From: Auanema rhodensis
Taxonomy: Eukaryota > Animalia > Nematoda
Reading direction: 5' to 3'
Assembly (NCBI GenBank): GCA_964057225.1
Contig: OZ059899.1
Coordinates: 20,894,001-20,958,000, forward strand
Length of the DNA stretch: 64,000 nucleotides
In this document: piece by piece, positions 50,405 to 64,000 of the stretch
Numbering within the stretch: the stretch's first letter is position 1
Layout of the letters: the number at the start of each line of letters is the position of its first letter
Made by a program: the position numbers and the translations under genes
Notes under the pieces: generated by a model
Seen by the model: the letters and a program-made list of their open reading frames with translations, nothing else
Databases searched by the model: none
Told to the model about the DNA's origin: nothing

Positions 50405-53400
50405 CCTCGATTTTCACCCTGAAGAATTAATTTTTTCGTTGAATAACATTGTCCATCGTCTTTGCCTTGAAAAAAGAAATCTAAAAACATCTACTTTTTG
50501 CTAAATTATTTTGAAATTTTTCGAAAAAATTTTTGTCAAAATGTTTTTGGAAGCAATGTTGAGTGTACATGGAAACTCAACATACACTAATGCATCATTT
50601 TTCAAATGATCATAACTAATTATTGTATCAAGCGTTTCTCAATGTAATATAGTGCATTCGATGCGGATTTTTAAGTTGCGTCGATCTGTGTTATCAGATT
50701 TGCGCTAGCTTAAAAATGCACCTAGATATCAACTGATATAAGTTCACACTTATATCCTCGATTTTCACCCTGAAGAGTTAATTTTTTCGTTGATTAACAT
50801 TGTCCATCGTCTTTGCCTTGAAAAAAGGAATCTAAAAACATCTACTTTTTGCTAAATTTTGTTGAAATTTTTCGAAAAAATTTTTGTCAAAATGTTTTTG
50901 GAAGCAATGTTGAGTGTACATGGAAACTCAACATACACTAATGCATCATTTTTCAAACGATCATAACTAATTTTTGTATTAAGCGTTTCTCAATGTAGTA
51001 AAGTGCATTCGATGCGGATTTTTAAGCTGCGTCGATCTGTGTTATCAGATTTGCGCTAGCTTAAAAATGCACCGAGATATCAACTGATATAAGTTCACAC
51101 TTATATCCTCGATTTTCACCCTGAAGAATTGATTTTTTCGTTGAATAACATTGTCCATCGTCTTTGCCTTGAAAAAAGGAATCTAAAAACATCTACTTTT
51201 TGCTAAATTATTTTGAAATTGTTCGAAAAAATTTTTGTCAAAATGTTTTTGGAAGCAATGTTGAGTGTACATGGAAACTCAACATACACTAATGCATCAT
51301 TTTTCAAACGATCATAACTAATTTTTGTATTAAGCGTTTCTCATTGTAATATAGTGCATTCGATGCGGATTTTTAAGCTGCGTCGATCTGTGTTATCAGA
51401 TTTGCGCTAGCTTAAAAATGCACCGAGATATCAACTGATATAAGTTCACACTTATATCCTCGATTTTCACCCTGAAGAATTAATTTTTTCGTTGAATAAC
51501 ATTGTCCATCGTCTTTGCCTTGAAAAAAGGAATCTAAAAACATCTACTTTTTGCTAAATTATTTTGAAATTGTTCGAAAAAATTTTTGTCAAAATGTTTT
51601 TGGAAGCAATGTTGAGTGTACATGGAAACTCAACATACACTAATGCATCATTTTTCAAACGATCATAACTAATTTTTGTATTAAGCGTTTCTTAATGTAG
51701 TATAGTGCATTCGATGCGGATTTTTAAGCTGCGTCGATCTGTGTTATCAGATTTGCGCTAGCTTAAAAATGCACCGAGATATCAACTGATATAAGTTCAC
51801 ACTTATATCCTCGATTTTCACCCTGAAGAATTAATTTTTTCGTTGAATAACATTGTCCATCGTCTTTGCCTTGAAAAAAGAAATCTAAAAACATCTACTT
51901 TTTGCTAAATTATTTTGAAATTTTTCGAAAAAATTTTTGTCAAAATGTTTTTGGAAGCAATGTTGAGTGTACATGGAAACTCAACATACACTAATGCATC
52001 ATTTTTCAAACGATCATAACTAATTTTTGTATTAACCGTTTCTCAATGTAATATAGTGAATTCGATGCGGATTTTTAAGCTGCGTCGATCTGTGTTATCA
52101 GATTTGCGCTAGCTTAAAAATGCACCTAGATATCAACTGATATAAGTTCACACTTATATCCTCGATTTTCACCCTGAAGAATTAATTTTTTCGTTGATTA
52201 ACATTGTCCATCGTCTTTGCCTTGAAAAAAGAAATCTAAAAACATCTACTTTTTGCTAAATTATTTTGAAATTTTTCGAAAAAATTTTTGTCAAAATGTT
52301 TTTGGAAGCAATGTTGAGTGTACATGGAAACTCAACATACACTAATGCATCATTTTTCAAATGATCATAACTAATTATTGTATCAAGCGTTTCTCAATGT
52401 AATATAGTGCATTCGATGCGGATTTTTAAGTTGCGTCGATCTGTGTTATCAGATTTGCGCTAGCTTAAAAATGCACCTAGATATCAACTGATATAAGTTC
52501 ACACTTATATCCTCGATTTTCACCCTGAAGAGTTAATTTTTTCGTTGATTAACATTGTCCATCGTCTTTGCCTTGAAAAAAGGAATCTAAAAACATCTAC
52601 TTTTTGCTAAATTTTGTTGAAATTTTTCGAAAAAATTTTTGTCAAAATGTTTTTGGAAGCAATGTTGAGTGTACATGGAAACTCAACATACACTAATGCA
52701 TCATTTTTCAAACGATCATAACTAATTTTTGTATTAAGCGTTTCTCATTGTAATATAGTGCATTCGATGCGGATTTTTAAGCTGCGTCGATCTGTGTTAT
52801 CAGATTTGCGCTAGCTTAAAAATGCACCGAGATATCAACTGATATAAGTTCACACTTATATCCTCGATTTTCACCCTGAAGAATTGATTTTTTCGTTGAA
52901 TAACATTGTCCATCGTCTTTGCCTTGAAAAAAGGAATCTAAAAACATCTACTTTTTGCTAAATTATTTTGAAATTGTTCGAAAAAATTTTTGTCAAAATG
53001 TTTTTGGAAGCAATGTTGAGTGTACATGGAAACTCAACATACACTAATGCATCATTTTTCAAACGATCATAACTAATTTTTGTATTAAGCGTTTCTCATT
53101 GTAATATAGTGCATTCGATGCGGATTTTTAAGCTGCGTCGATCTGTGTTATCAGATTTGCGCTAGCTTAAAAATGCACCGAGATATCAACTGATATAAGT
53201 TCACACTTATATCCTCGATTTTCACCCTGAAGAATTAATTTTTTCGTTGAATAACATTGTCCATCGTCTTTGCCTTGAAAAAAGGAATCTAAAAACATCT
53301 ACTTTTTGCTAAATTATTTTGAAATTGTTCGAAAAAATTTTTGTCAAAATGTTTTTGGAAGCAATGTTGAGTGTACATGGAAACTCAACATACACTAATG

Positions 53401-53914
53401 CATCATTTTTCAAACGATCATAACTAATTTTTGTATTAAGCGTTTCTTAATGTAGTATAGTGCATTCGATGCGGATTTTTAAGCTGCGTCGATCTGTGTT
53501 ATCAGATTTGCGCTAGCTTAAAAATGCACCGAGATATCAACTGATATAAGTTCACACTTATATCCTCGATTTTCACCCTGAAGAATTAATTTTTTCGTTG
53601 AATAACATTGTCCATCGTCTTTGCCTTGAAAAAAGAAATCTAAAAACATCTACTTTTTGCTAAATTATTTTGAAATTTTTCGAAAAAATTTTTGTCAAAA
53701 TGTTTTTGGAAGCAATGTTGAGTGTACATGGAAACTCAACATACACTAATGCATCATTTTTCAAACGATCATAACTAATTTTTGTATTAACCGTTTCTCA
53801 ATGTAGTATAGTGAATTCGATGCGGATTTTTAAGCTGCGTCGATCTGTGTTATCAGATTTGCGCTAGCTTAAAAATGCACCTAGATATCAACTGATATAA
53901 ATTCACACTTATAT
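50405..53914 (+). repeat. Diverged 5-mer duplication (1755 bp)
   Basis: Variant EcoRI site GAATTC at 52058 and 53813. GAATTGATTT, AAATTTTGTTG and TTTCTTAATG each recur 1755 bp apart, with several differences between the copies. Confidence 0.85.
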
Positions 53915-56900
53915 CCTCGATTTTCACCCTGAAGAATTAATTTTTTCGTTGAATAACATTGTCCATCGTCTTTGCCTTGAAAAAAGGAATCTAAAAACAT
54001 CTACTTTTTGCTAAATTATTTTGAAATTTTTCGAAAAAATTTTTGTCAAAATGTTTTTGGAAGCAATGTTGAGTGTACATGGAAACTCAACATACACTAA
54101 TGCATCATTTTTCAAACGATCATAACTAATTTTTGTATTAAGCGTTTCTCATTGTAATATAGTGCATTCGATGCGGATTTTTAAGCTGCGTCGATCTGTG
54201 TTATCAGATTTGCGCTAGCTTAAAAATGCACCGAGATATCAACTGATATAAGTTCACACTTATATCCTCGATTTTCACCCTGAAGAATTAATTTTTTCGT
54301 TGAATAACATTGTCCATCGTCTTTGCCTTGAAAAGAGGAATCTAAAAACATCTACTTTTTGCTAAATTATTTTGAAATTGTTCGAAAAAATTTTTGTCAA
54401 AATGTTTTTGGAAGCAATGTTGAGTGTACATGGAAACTCAACATACACTAATGCATCATTTTTCAAACGATCATAACTAATTTTTGTATTAAGCGTTTCT
54501 CATTGTAATATAGTGCATTCGATGCGGATTTTTAAGCTGCGTCGATCTGTGTTATCAGATTTGCGCTAGCTTAAAAATGCACCTAGATATCAACTGATAT
54601 AAGTTCACACTTATATCCTCGATTTTCACCCTGAAGAATTAATTTTTTCGTTGATTAACATTGTCCATCGTCTTTGCCTTGAAAAAAAGAATCTAAAAAC
54701 ATCTACTTTTTGCTAAATTATGTTGAAATTTTTCGAAAAAATTTTTGTCAAAATGTTTTTGGAAGCAATGTTGAGTGTACATGGAAACTCAACATACACT
54801 AATGCATCATTTTTCAAACGATCATAACTAATTTTTGTATTAAGCGTTTTTCAATGTAGTATAGTGCATTCGATGCGGATTTTTAAGCTGCGTCGATCTG
54901 TGTTATCAGATTTGCGCTAGCTTAAAAATGCACCGAGATATCAACTGATATAAGTTCACACTTATATCCTCGATTTTCACCCTGAAGAATTAATTTTTTC
55001 GTTGAATAACATTGTCCATCGTCTTTGCCTTGAAAAAAGAAATCTAAAAACATCTACTTTTTGCTAAATTATTCTGAAATTTTTCGAAAAAATTTTTGTC
55101 AAAATGTTTTTGGAAGCAATGTTGAGTGTACATGGAAACTCAACATACACTAATGCATCATTTTTCAAACGATCATAACTAATTTTTGTATTAACCGTTT
55201 CTCCATGTAGTATAGTGCATTTGATGCGGATTTTTAAGCTGCGTCGATCTGTGTTATCAGATTTGCGCTAGCTTAAAAATGCACCTAGATATCAACTGAT
55301 ATAAGTTCACACTTATATCCTCGATTTTCACCCTGAAGAATTAATTTTTTCGTTGATTAACATTGTCCATCGTCTTTGCCTCGAAAAAAGGAATCTAAAA
55401 ACATCTACGTTTTGCTAAATTATTTTGAAATTTTTCGAAAAAATTTTTGTCAAAATGTTTTTGGAAGCAATGTTGAGTGTACATGGAAACTCAACATACA
55501 CTAATGCATCATTTTTCAAACGATCATAACTAATTTTTGTATTAACCGTTTCTCAATGTAGTATAGTGCATTCGATGCGGATTTTTAAGCTGCGTCGATC
55601 TGTGTTATCAGATTTGCGCTAGCTTAAAAATGCACCTAGATATCAACTGATATAAGTTCACACTTATATCCTCGATTTTCACCCTGAAGAATTAATTTTT
55701 TCGTTGAATAACATTGTCCATCGTCTTTGCCTCGAAAAAAGAAATCTAAAAACATCTACTTTTTGCTAAATTATTTTGAAATTTTTCGAAAAAATTTTTG
55801 TCAAAATGTTTTTGGAAGCAATGTTGAGTGTACATGGAAACTCAACATACACTAATGCATCATTTTTCAAATGATCATAACTAATTATTGTATCAAGCGT
55901 TTCTCAATGTGATATAGTGCATTCGATGCGGATTTTTAAGTTGCGTCGATCTGTGTTATCAGATTTGCGCTAGCTTAAAAATGCACCTAGATATCAACTG
56001 ATATAAGTTCACACTTATATCCTCGATTTTCACCCTGAAGAATTAATTTTTTCGTTGATTAACATTGTCCATCGTCTTTGCCTCGAAAAAAGGAATCTAA
56101 AAACATCTACGTTTCGCTAAATTATTTTGAAATTTTTCGAAAAAATTTTTGTCAAAATGTTTTTGGAAGCAATGTTGAGTGTACATGGAAACTCAACATA
56201 CACTAATGCATCATTTTTCAAACGATCATAACTAATTTTTGTATTAACCGTTTCTCAATGTAGTATAGTGCATTCGATGCGGATTTTTAAGCTGCGTCGA
56301 TCTGTGTTATCAGATTTGCGCTAGCTTAAAAATGCACCGAGATATCAACTTATATAAGTTCACACATATATCCTCGATTTTCACCCTGAAGAATTAATTT
56401 TTTCGTTGAATAACGTTGTCCATCGTCTTTGCCTTGAAAAAAGAAATCTAAAAACATCTAATTTTTGCTAAATTATTTTGAAATTTTTCGAAAAAATTTT
56501 TGTCTAAATGTTTTTGGAAGCAATGTTGAGTGTACATGGAAACTCAACATACACTAATGCATCATTTTTCAAACGATCATAACTAATTATTGTATCAAGC
56601 GTTTCTCAATGTAATATAGTGCATTCGATGCGGATTTTTAAGTTGCGTCGATCTGTGTTATCAGATTTGCGCTAGCTTAAAAATGCACCTAGATATCAAC
56701 TGATATAAGTTCACACTTATATCCTCGATTTTCACCCTGAAGAATTAATTTTTTCGTTGATTAACATTGTCCATCGTCTTTGCCTTGAAAAAAGGAATCT
56801 AAAAACATCTACTTTTTGCTAAATTATGTTGAAATTTTTCGAAAAAATTTTTGTCAAAATGTTTTTGGAAGCAATGTTGAGTGTACATGGAAACTCAACA

Positions 56901-59900
56901 TAAACTAATGCCTCATTTTTCAAACGATCATAACTAACTTTTGTATTAAGCGTTTCTCAATGTAGTATAGTGCATTCGATGCGGATTTTTAAGCTGCGTC
57001 AATCTGTGTTATCAGATTTGCGCTAGCTTAAAAATGCACCGAGATATCAACTTATATAAGTTCACACATATATCCTCGATTTTCACCCTGAAGAATTAAT
57101 TTTTTCGTTGAATAACGTTGTCCATCGTCTTTGCCTTGAAAAAAGGAATCTAAAAACATCTAATTTTTGCTAAATTATTTTGAAATTTTTCGAAAAAATT
57201 TTTGTCAAAATGTTTTTGGAAGCAATGTTGAGTGTACATGGAAACTCAACATACACTAATGCATCATTTTTCAAACGATCATAACTAATTATTGTATCAG
57301 GCGTTTCTCAATGTAATATAGTGCATTCGATGCGGATTTTTATGTTGCGTCGATCTGTGTTATCAGATTTGCGCTAGCTTAAAAATGCACCTAGATATCA
57401 ACTGATATAAGTTCACACTTATATCCTCGATTTTCACCCTGAAGAATTAATTTTTTCGTTGATTAACATTGTCCATCGTCTTTGCCTTGAAAAAAGGAAT
57501 CTAAAAACATCTACTTTTTGCTAAATTATTTTGAAATTTTTCGAAAAAATTTTTGTCAAAATGTTTTTGGAAGCAATGTTGAGTGTACATGGAAACTCAA
57601 CATACACTAATGCATCATTTTTCAAACGATCATAACTAATTTTTGTATTAACCGTTTCTCAATGTAGTATAGTGCATTCGATGCGGATTTTTAAGCTGCG
57701 TCGATCTGTGTTATCAGATTTGCGCTAGCTTAAAAATGCACCGAGATATCAACTGATATAAGTTCACACATATATCCTCGATTTTCACCCTGAAGAATTA
57801 ATTTTTTCGTTGAATAACATTGTTCATCGTCTTTGCCTTAAAAAAAGAAATCTAAGAACATCTACGTTTCGCTAAATTATTTTGAAATTTTTCGAAAAAA
57901 TTTTTGTCTAAATGTTTTTGGAAGCAATGTTGAGTGTACATGGAAACTCAACATACACTAATGCATCATTTTTCAAACGATCATAACTAATTATTGTATC
58001 AAGCGTTTCTCAATGTAATATAGTGCATTCGATGCGGATTTTTAAGTTGCGTCGATCTGTGTTATCAGATTTGCGCTAGCTTAAAAATGCACCTAGATAT
58101 CAACTGATATAAGTTCACACTTATATCCTCGATTTTCACCCTGAAGAATTAATTTTTTCGTTGATTAACATTGTCCATCGTCTTTGCCTTGAAAAAAGGA
58201 ATCTAAAAACATCTACTTTTTGCTAAATTATGTTGAAATTTTTCGAAAAAATTTTTGTCAAAATGTTTTTGGAAGCAATGTTGAGTGTACATGGAAACTC
58301 AACATAAACTAATGCCTCATTTTTCAAACGATCATAACTAATTTTTGTATTGAGCGTTTCTCATTGTAGTATAGTGCATTCGATGCGGATTTTTAAGCTG
58401 CGTCGATCTGTGTTATCAGATTTGCGCTAGCTTAAAAATGCACCTAGATATCAACTGATATAAGTTCACACTTATATCCTCGATTTTCACCCTGAAGAAT
58501 TAATTTTTTCGTTGATTAACATTGTCCATCGTCTTTGCCTTGAAAAAAGGAATCTAAAAACATCTACTTTTTGCTAAATTATGTTGAAATTTTTCGAAAA
58601 AATTTTTGTCAAAATGTTTTTGGAAGCAATGTTGAGTGTACATGGAAACTCAACATAAACTAATGCCTCATTTTTCAAACGATCATAACTAATTTTTGTA
58701 TTAAGCGTTTCTCAATGTAGTATAGTGCATTCGATGCGGATTTTTAAGCTGCGTCAATCTGTGTTATCAGATTTGCGCTAGCTTAAAAATGCACCGAGAT
58801 ATCAACTTATATAAGTTCACACATATATCCTCGATTTTCACCCTGAAGAATTAATTTTTTCGTTGAATAACGTTGTCCATCGTCTTTGCCTTGAAAAAAG
58901 GAATCTAAAAACATCTACTTTTTGCTAAATTATTTTGAAATTTTTCGAAAAAATTTTTGTCAAAATGTTTTTGGAAGCAATGTTGAGTGTACATGGAAAC
59001 TCAACATACACTAATGCATCATTTTTCAAACGATCATAACTAATTTTTGTATTAACCGTTTCTCAATGTAGTATAGTGCATTCGATGCGGATTTTTAAGC
59101 TGCGTCGATCTGTGTTATCAGATTTGCGCTAGCTTAAAAATGCACCGAGATATCAACTGATATAAGTTCACACATATATCCTCGATTTTCACCCTGAAGA
59201 ATTAATTTTTTCGTTGAATAACATTGTTCATCGTCTTTGCCTTAAAAAAAGAAATCTAAGAACATCTACGTTTCGCTAAATTATTTTGAAATTTTTCGAA
59301 AAAATTTTTGTCTAAATGTTTTTGGAAGCAATGTTGAGTGTACATGGAAACTCAACATACACTAATGCATCATTTTTCAAACGATCATAACTAATTATTG
59401 TATCAAGCGTTTCTCAATGTAATATAGTGCATTCGATGCGGATTTTTAAGTTGCGTCGATCTGTGTTATCAGATTTGCGCTAGCTTAAAAATGCACCTAG
59501 ATATCAACTGATATAAGTTCACACTTATATCCTCGATTTTCACCCTGAAGAATTAATTTTTTCGTTGATTAACATTGTCCATCGTCTTTGCCTTGAAAAA
59601 AGGAATCTAAAAACATCTACTTTTTGCTAAATTATGTTGAAATTTTTCGAAAAAATTTTTGTCAAAATGTTTTTGGAAGCAATGTTGAGTGTACATGGAA
59701 ACTCAACATAAACTAATGCCTCATTTTTCAAACGATCATAACTAATTTTTGTATTGAGCGTTTCTCATTGTAGTATAGTGCATTCGATGCGGATTTTTAA
59801 GCTGCGTCGATCTGTGTTATCAGATTTGCGCTAGCTTAAAAATGCACCTAGATATCAACTGATATAAGTTCACACTTATATCCTCGATTTTCACCCTGAA

Positions 59901-60934
59901 GAATTAATTTTTTCGTTGATTAACATTGTCCATCGTCTTTGCCTTGAAAAAAGGAATCTAAAAACATCTACTTTTTGCTAAATTATGTTGAAATTTTTCG
60001 AAAAAATTTTTGTCAAAATGTTTTTGGAAGCAATGTTGAGTGTACATGGAAACTCAACATAAACTAATGCCTCATTTTTCAAACGATCATAACTAATTTT
60101 TGTATTAAGCGTTTCTCAATGTAGTATAGTGCATTCGATGCGGATTTTTAAGCTGCGTCAATCTGTGTTATCAGATTTGCGCTAGCTTAAAAATGCACCG
60201 AGATATCAACTTATATAAGTTCACACATATATCCTCGATTTTCACCCTGAAGAATTAATTTTTTCGTTGAATAACGTTGTCCATCGTCTTTGCCTTGAAA
60301 AAAGGAATCTAAAAACATCTAATTTTTGCTAAATTATTTTGAAATTTTTCGAAAAAATTTTTGTCAAAATGTTTTTGGAAGCAATGTTGAGTGTACATGG
60401 AAACTCAACATACACTAATGCATCATTTTTCAAACAATCATAACTAATTATTGTATCAGGCGTTTCTCAATGTAATATAGTGCATTCGATGCGGATTTTT
60501 AAGTTGCGTCGATCTGTGTTATCAGATTTGCGCTAGCTTAAAAATGCACCTAGATATCAACTGATATAAGTTCACACTTATATCCTCGATTTTCACTCTG
60601 AAGAATTAATTTTTTCGTTGATTAACATTGTCCATCGTCTTTGCCTTGAAAAAAGGAATCTAAAAACATCTACTTTTTGCTAAATTATTTTGAAATTTTT
60701 CGAAAAAATTTTTGTCAAAATGTTTTTGGAAGCAATGTTGAGTGTACATGGAAACTCAACATACACTAATGCATCATTTTTCAAACGATCATAACTAATT
60801 TTTGTATTAACCGTTTCTCAATGTAGTATAGTGCATTCGATGCGGATTTTTAAGCTGCGTCGATCTGTGTTATCAGATTTGCGCTAGCTTAAAAATGCAC
60901 CGAGATATCAACTGATATAAGTTCACACATATAT

Positions 60935-63900
60935 CCTCGATTTTCACCCTGAAGAATTAATTTTTTCGTTGAATAACATTGTTCATCGTCTTTGCCTTAA
61001 AAAAAGAAATCTAAGAACATCTACGTTTCGCTAAATTATTTTGAAATTTTTCGAAAAAATTTTTGTCAAAATGTTTTTGGAAGCAATGTTGAGTGTACAT
61101 GGAAATTCAACATACACTAATGCATCATTTTTCAAACGATCATAACTAATTTTTGTATTGAGCGTTTCTCATTGTAGTATAGTGCATTCGATGCGGATTT
61201 TTAAGCTGCGTCGATCTGTGTTATCAGATTTGCGCTAGCTTAAAAATGCACCGAGATATCAACTGATATAAGTTCACACATATATCCTCGATTTTCACCC
61301 TGAAGAATTAATTTTTTCGTTGAATAACGTTGTCCATCGTCTTTGCCTTGAAAAAAGGAATCTAAAAACATCTAATTTTTGCTAAATTATTTTGAAATTT
61401 TTCGAAAAAATTTTTGTCAAAATGTTTTTGGAAGCAATGTTGAGTGTACATGGAAACTCAACATACACTAATGCATCATTTTTCAAACGATCATAACTAA
61501 TTTTTGTATTAACCGTTTCTCAATGTAGTATAGTGCATTCGATGCGGATTTTTAAGCTGCGTCGATCTGTGTTATCAGATTTGCGCTAGCTTAAAAATGC
61601 ACCGAGATATCAACTTATATAAGTTCACACATATATCCTCGATTTTCACCCTGAAGAATTAATTTTTTCGTTGAATAACGTTGTCCATCGTCTTTGCCTT
61701 GAAAAAAGGAATCTAAAAACATCTAATTTTTGCTAAATTATTTTGAAATTTTTCGAAAAAATTTTTGTCAAAATGTTTTTGGAAGCAATGTTGAGTGTAC
61801 ATGGAAACTCAACATACACTAATGCATCATTTTTCAAACGATCATAACTAATTTTTGTATTAAGCGTTTCTCAATGTAGTATAGTGCATTCGATGCGGAT
61901 TTTTAAGCTGCGTCGATCTGTGTTATCAGATTTGCGCTAGCTTAAAAATGCACCGAGATATCAACTGATATAAGTTCACACATATATCCTCGATTTTCAC
62001 CCTGAAGAATTAATTTTTTCGTTGAATAACATTGTTCATCGTCTTTGCCTTAAAAAAAGAAATCTAAGAACATCTACGTTTCGCTAAATTATTTTGAAAT
62101 TTTTCGAAAAAATTTTTGTCAAAATGTTTTTGGAAGCAATGTTGAGTGTACATGGAAATTCAACATACACTAATGCATCATTTTTCAAACGATCATAACT
62201 AATTTTTGTATTGAGCGTTTCTCATTGTAGTATAGTGCATTCGATGCGGATTTTTAAGCTGCGTCGATCTGTGTTATCAGATTTGCGCTAGCTTAAAAAT
62301 GCACCGAGATATCAACTGATATAAGTTCACACATATATCCTCGATTTTCACCCTGAAGAATTAATTTTTTCGTTGAATAACGTTGTCCATCGTCTTTGCC
62401 TTGAAAAAAGGAATCTAAAAACATCTAATTTTTGCTAAATTATTTTGAAATTTTTCGAAAAAATTTTTGTCAAAATGTTTTTGGAAGCAATGTTGAGTGT
62501 ACATGGAAACTCAACATACACTAATGCATCATTTTTCAAACGATCATAACTAATTTTTGTATTAACCGTTTCTCAATGTAGTATAGTGCATTCGATGCGG
62601 ATTTTTAAGCTGCGTCGATCTGTGTTATCAGATTTGCGCTAGCTTAAAAATGCACCGAGATATCAACTTATATAAGTTCACACATATATCCTCGATTTTC
62701 ACCCTGAAGAATTAATTTTTTCGTTGAATAACGTTGTCCATCGTCTTTGCCTTGAAAAAAGGAATCTAAAAACATCTAATTTTTGCTAAATTATTTTGAA
62801 ATTTTTCGAAAAAATTTTTGTCAAAATGTTTTTGGAAGCAATGTTGAGTGTACATGGAAACTCAACATACACTAATGCATCATTTTTCAAACGATCATAA
62901 CTAATTTTTGTATTAACCGTTTCTCAATGTAGTATAGTGCATTCGATGCGGATTTTTAAGCTGCGTCGATCTGTGTTATCAGATTTGCGCTAGCTTAAAA
63001 ATGCACCGAGATATCAACTGATATAAGTTCACACATATATCCTCGATTTTCACCCTGAAGAATTAATTTTTTCGTTGAATAACATTGTTCATCGTCTTTG
63101 CTTTAAAAAAAGAAATCTAAGAACATCTACGTTTCGCTAAATTATTTTGAAATTTTTCGAAAAAATTTTTGTCAAAATGTTTTTGGAAGCAATGTTGAGT
63201 GTACATGGAAATTCAACATACACTAATGCATCATTTTTCAAACGATCATAACTAATTTTTGTATTGAGCGTTTCTCATTGTAGTATAGTGCATTCGATGC
63301 GGATTTTTAAGCTGCGTCGATCTGTGTTATCAGATTTGCGCTAGCTTAAAAATGCACCGAGATATCAACTGATATAAGTTCACACATATATCCTCGATTT
63401 TCACCCTGAAGAATTAATTTTTTCGTTGAATAACGTTGTCCATCGTCTTTGCCTTGAAAAAAGGAATCTAAAAACATCTAATTTTTGCTAAATTATTTTG
63501 AAATTTTTCGAAAAAATTTTTGTCAAAATGTTTTTGGAAGCAATGTTGAGTGTACATGGAAACTCAACATACACTAATGCACCATTTTTCAAACGATCAT
63601 AACTAATTTTTGTATTAACCGTTTCTCAATGTAGTATAGTGCATTCGATGCGGATTTTTAAGCTGCGTCGATCTGTGTTATCAGATTTGCGCTAGCTTAA
63701 AAATGCACCGAGATATCAACTTATATAAGTTCACACATATATCCTCGATTTTCACCCTGAAGAATTAATTTTTTCGTTGAATAACGTTGTCCATCGTCTT
63801 TGCCTTGAAAAAAGGAATCTAAAAACATCTAATTTTTGCTAAATTATTTTGAAATTTTTCGAAAAAATTTTTGTCAAAATGTTTTTGGAAGCAATGTTGA

Positions 63901-64000
63901 GTGTACATGGAAACTCAACATACACTAATGCATCATTTTTCAAACGATCATAACTAATTATTGTATCAGGCGTTTCTCAATGTAATATAGTGCATTCGAT
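60935..64000 (+). repeat. 3-mer higher-order repeat (1053 bp), ~3 copies, in the distal subfamily
   Basis: GGAAATTCAAC marker at 61106, 62159 and 63212, with co-occurring GTTCATC, CTAAGAAC and TTGAGC variants. Confidence 0.88.

Larger units (their letters stand above)
1..64000. repeat. Satellite-type tandem array, 351-bp monomer, 182 complete copies + 1 partial, single orientation, truncated by both window ends
   Basis: CCTCGATTTTCACCCTGAAG recurs at 1, 352, 703, 1054, 1405, 1756, 2107 and so on. From 11795 to 63743 the distance is exactly 148 x 351. Copies differ by a few substitutions, and no unique sequence or inversion was seen. Confidence 0.99.

Noticed and set aside
56351-56358. TATA-box match TATATAAG created by a distal variant
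   Set aside because: Expected by chance in 68% AT DNA, with no convincing initiator or downstream gene.
1-64000. CRISPR array or other repeat-spacer system
   Set aside because: There are no unique spacers: the entire 351 bp is repeated, and there are no cas or other genes.
1-64000. Artefactual concatemer (rolling-circle amplification or synthetic repeat)
   Set aside because: Variants are shared in hierarchical, position-dependent blocks with regional subfamilies. That fits an evolved genomic array rather than copies of one template with random errors.

Overview
The whole 64-kb window is one uninterrupted head-to-tail tandem array of a 351-bp AT-rich monomer (about 32% GC). It holds 182 complete monomers plus a 258-bp partial copy starting at 63743. 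It looks like eukaryotic satellite DNA, probably (peri)centromeric heterochromatin of an invertebrate, since CpG is not depleted; I cannot name the family or host. I found no credible gene, RNA gene, transposon or CRISPR array, and the single 63-aa ORF is a chance stop-codon loss in one monomer. The informative structure is in the variants. (i) Four monomers share one 35-bp deletion; otherwise monomer length is exactly 351 bp. (ii) There is a series of local higher-order repeats with periods of 11, 7, ~18, 5, 9 (nested 5+4), 5 and 3 monomers. (iii) A homogeneous central layer (~28-48 kb) lacks variants shared by both flanks, consistent with expansion from the middle. (iv) The monomer is dense in inverted repeats, including two mutually exclusive long hairpins, and some mutations appear templated by these palindromes. 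Monomer positions are given as pN, counted from CCTCGATTTT. All typing was done by eye and needs computational confirmation.
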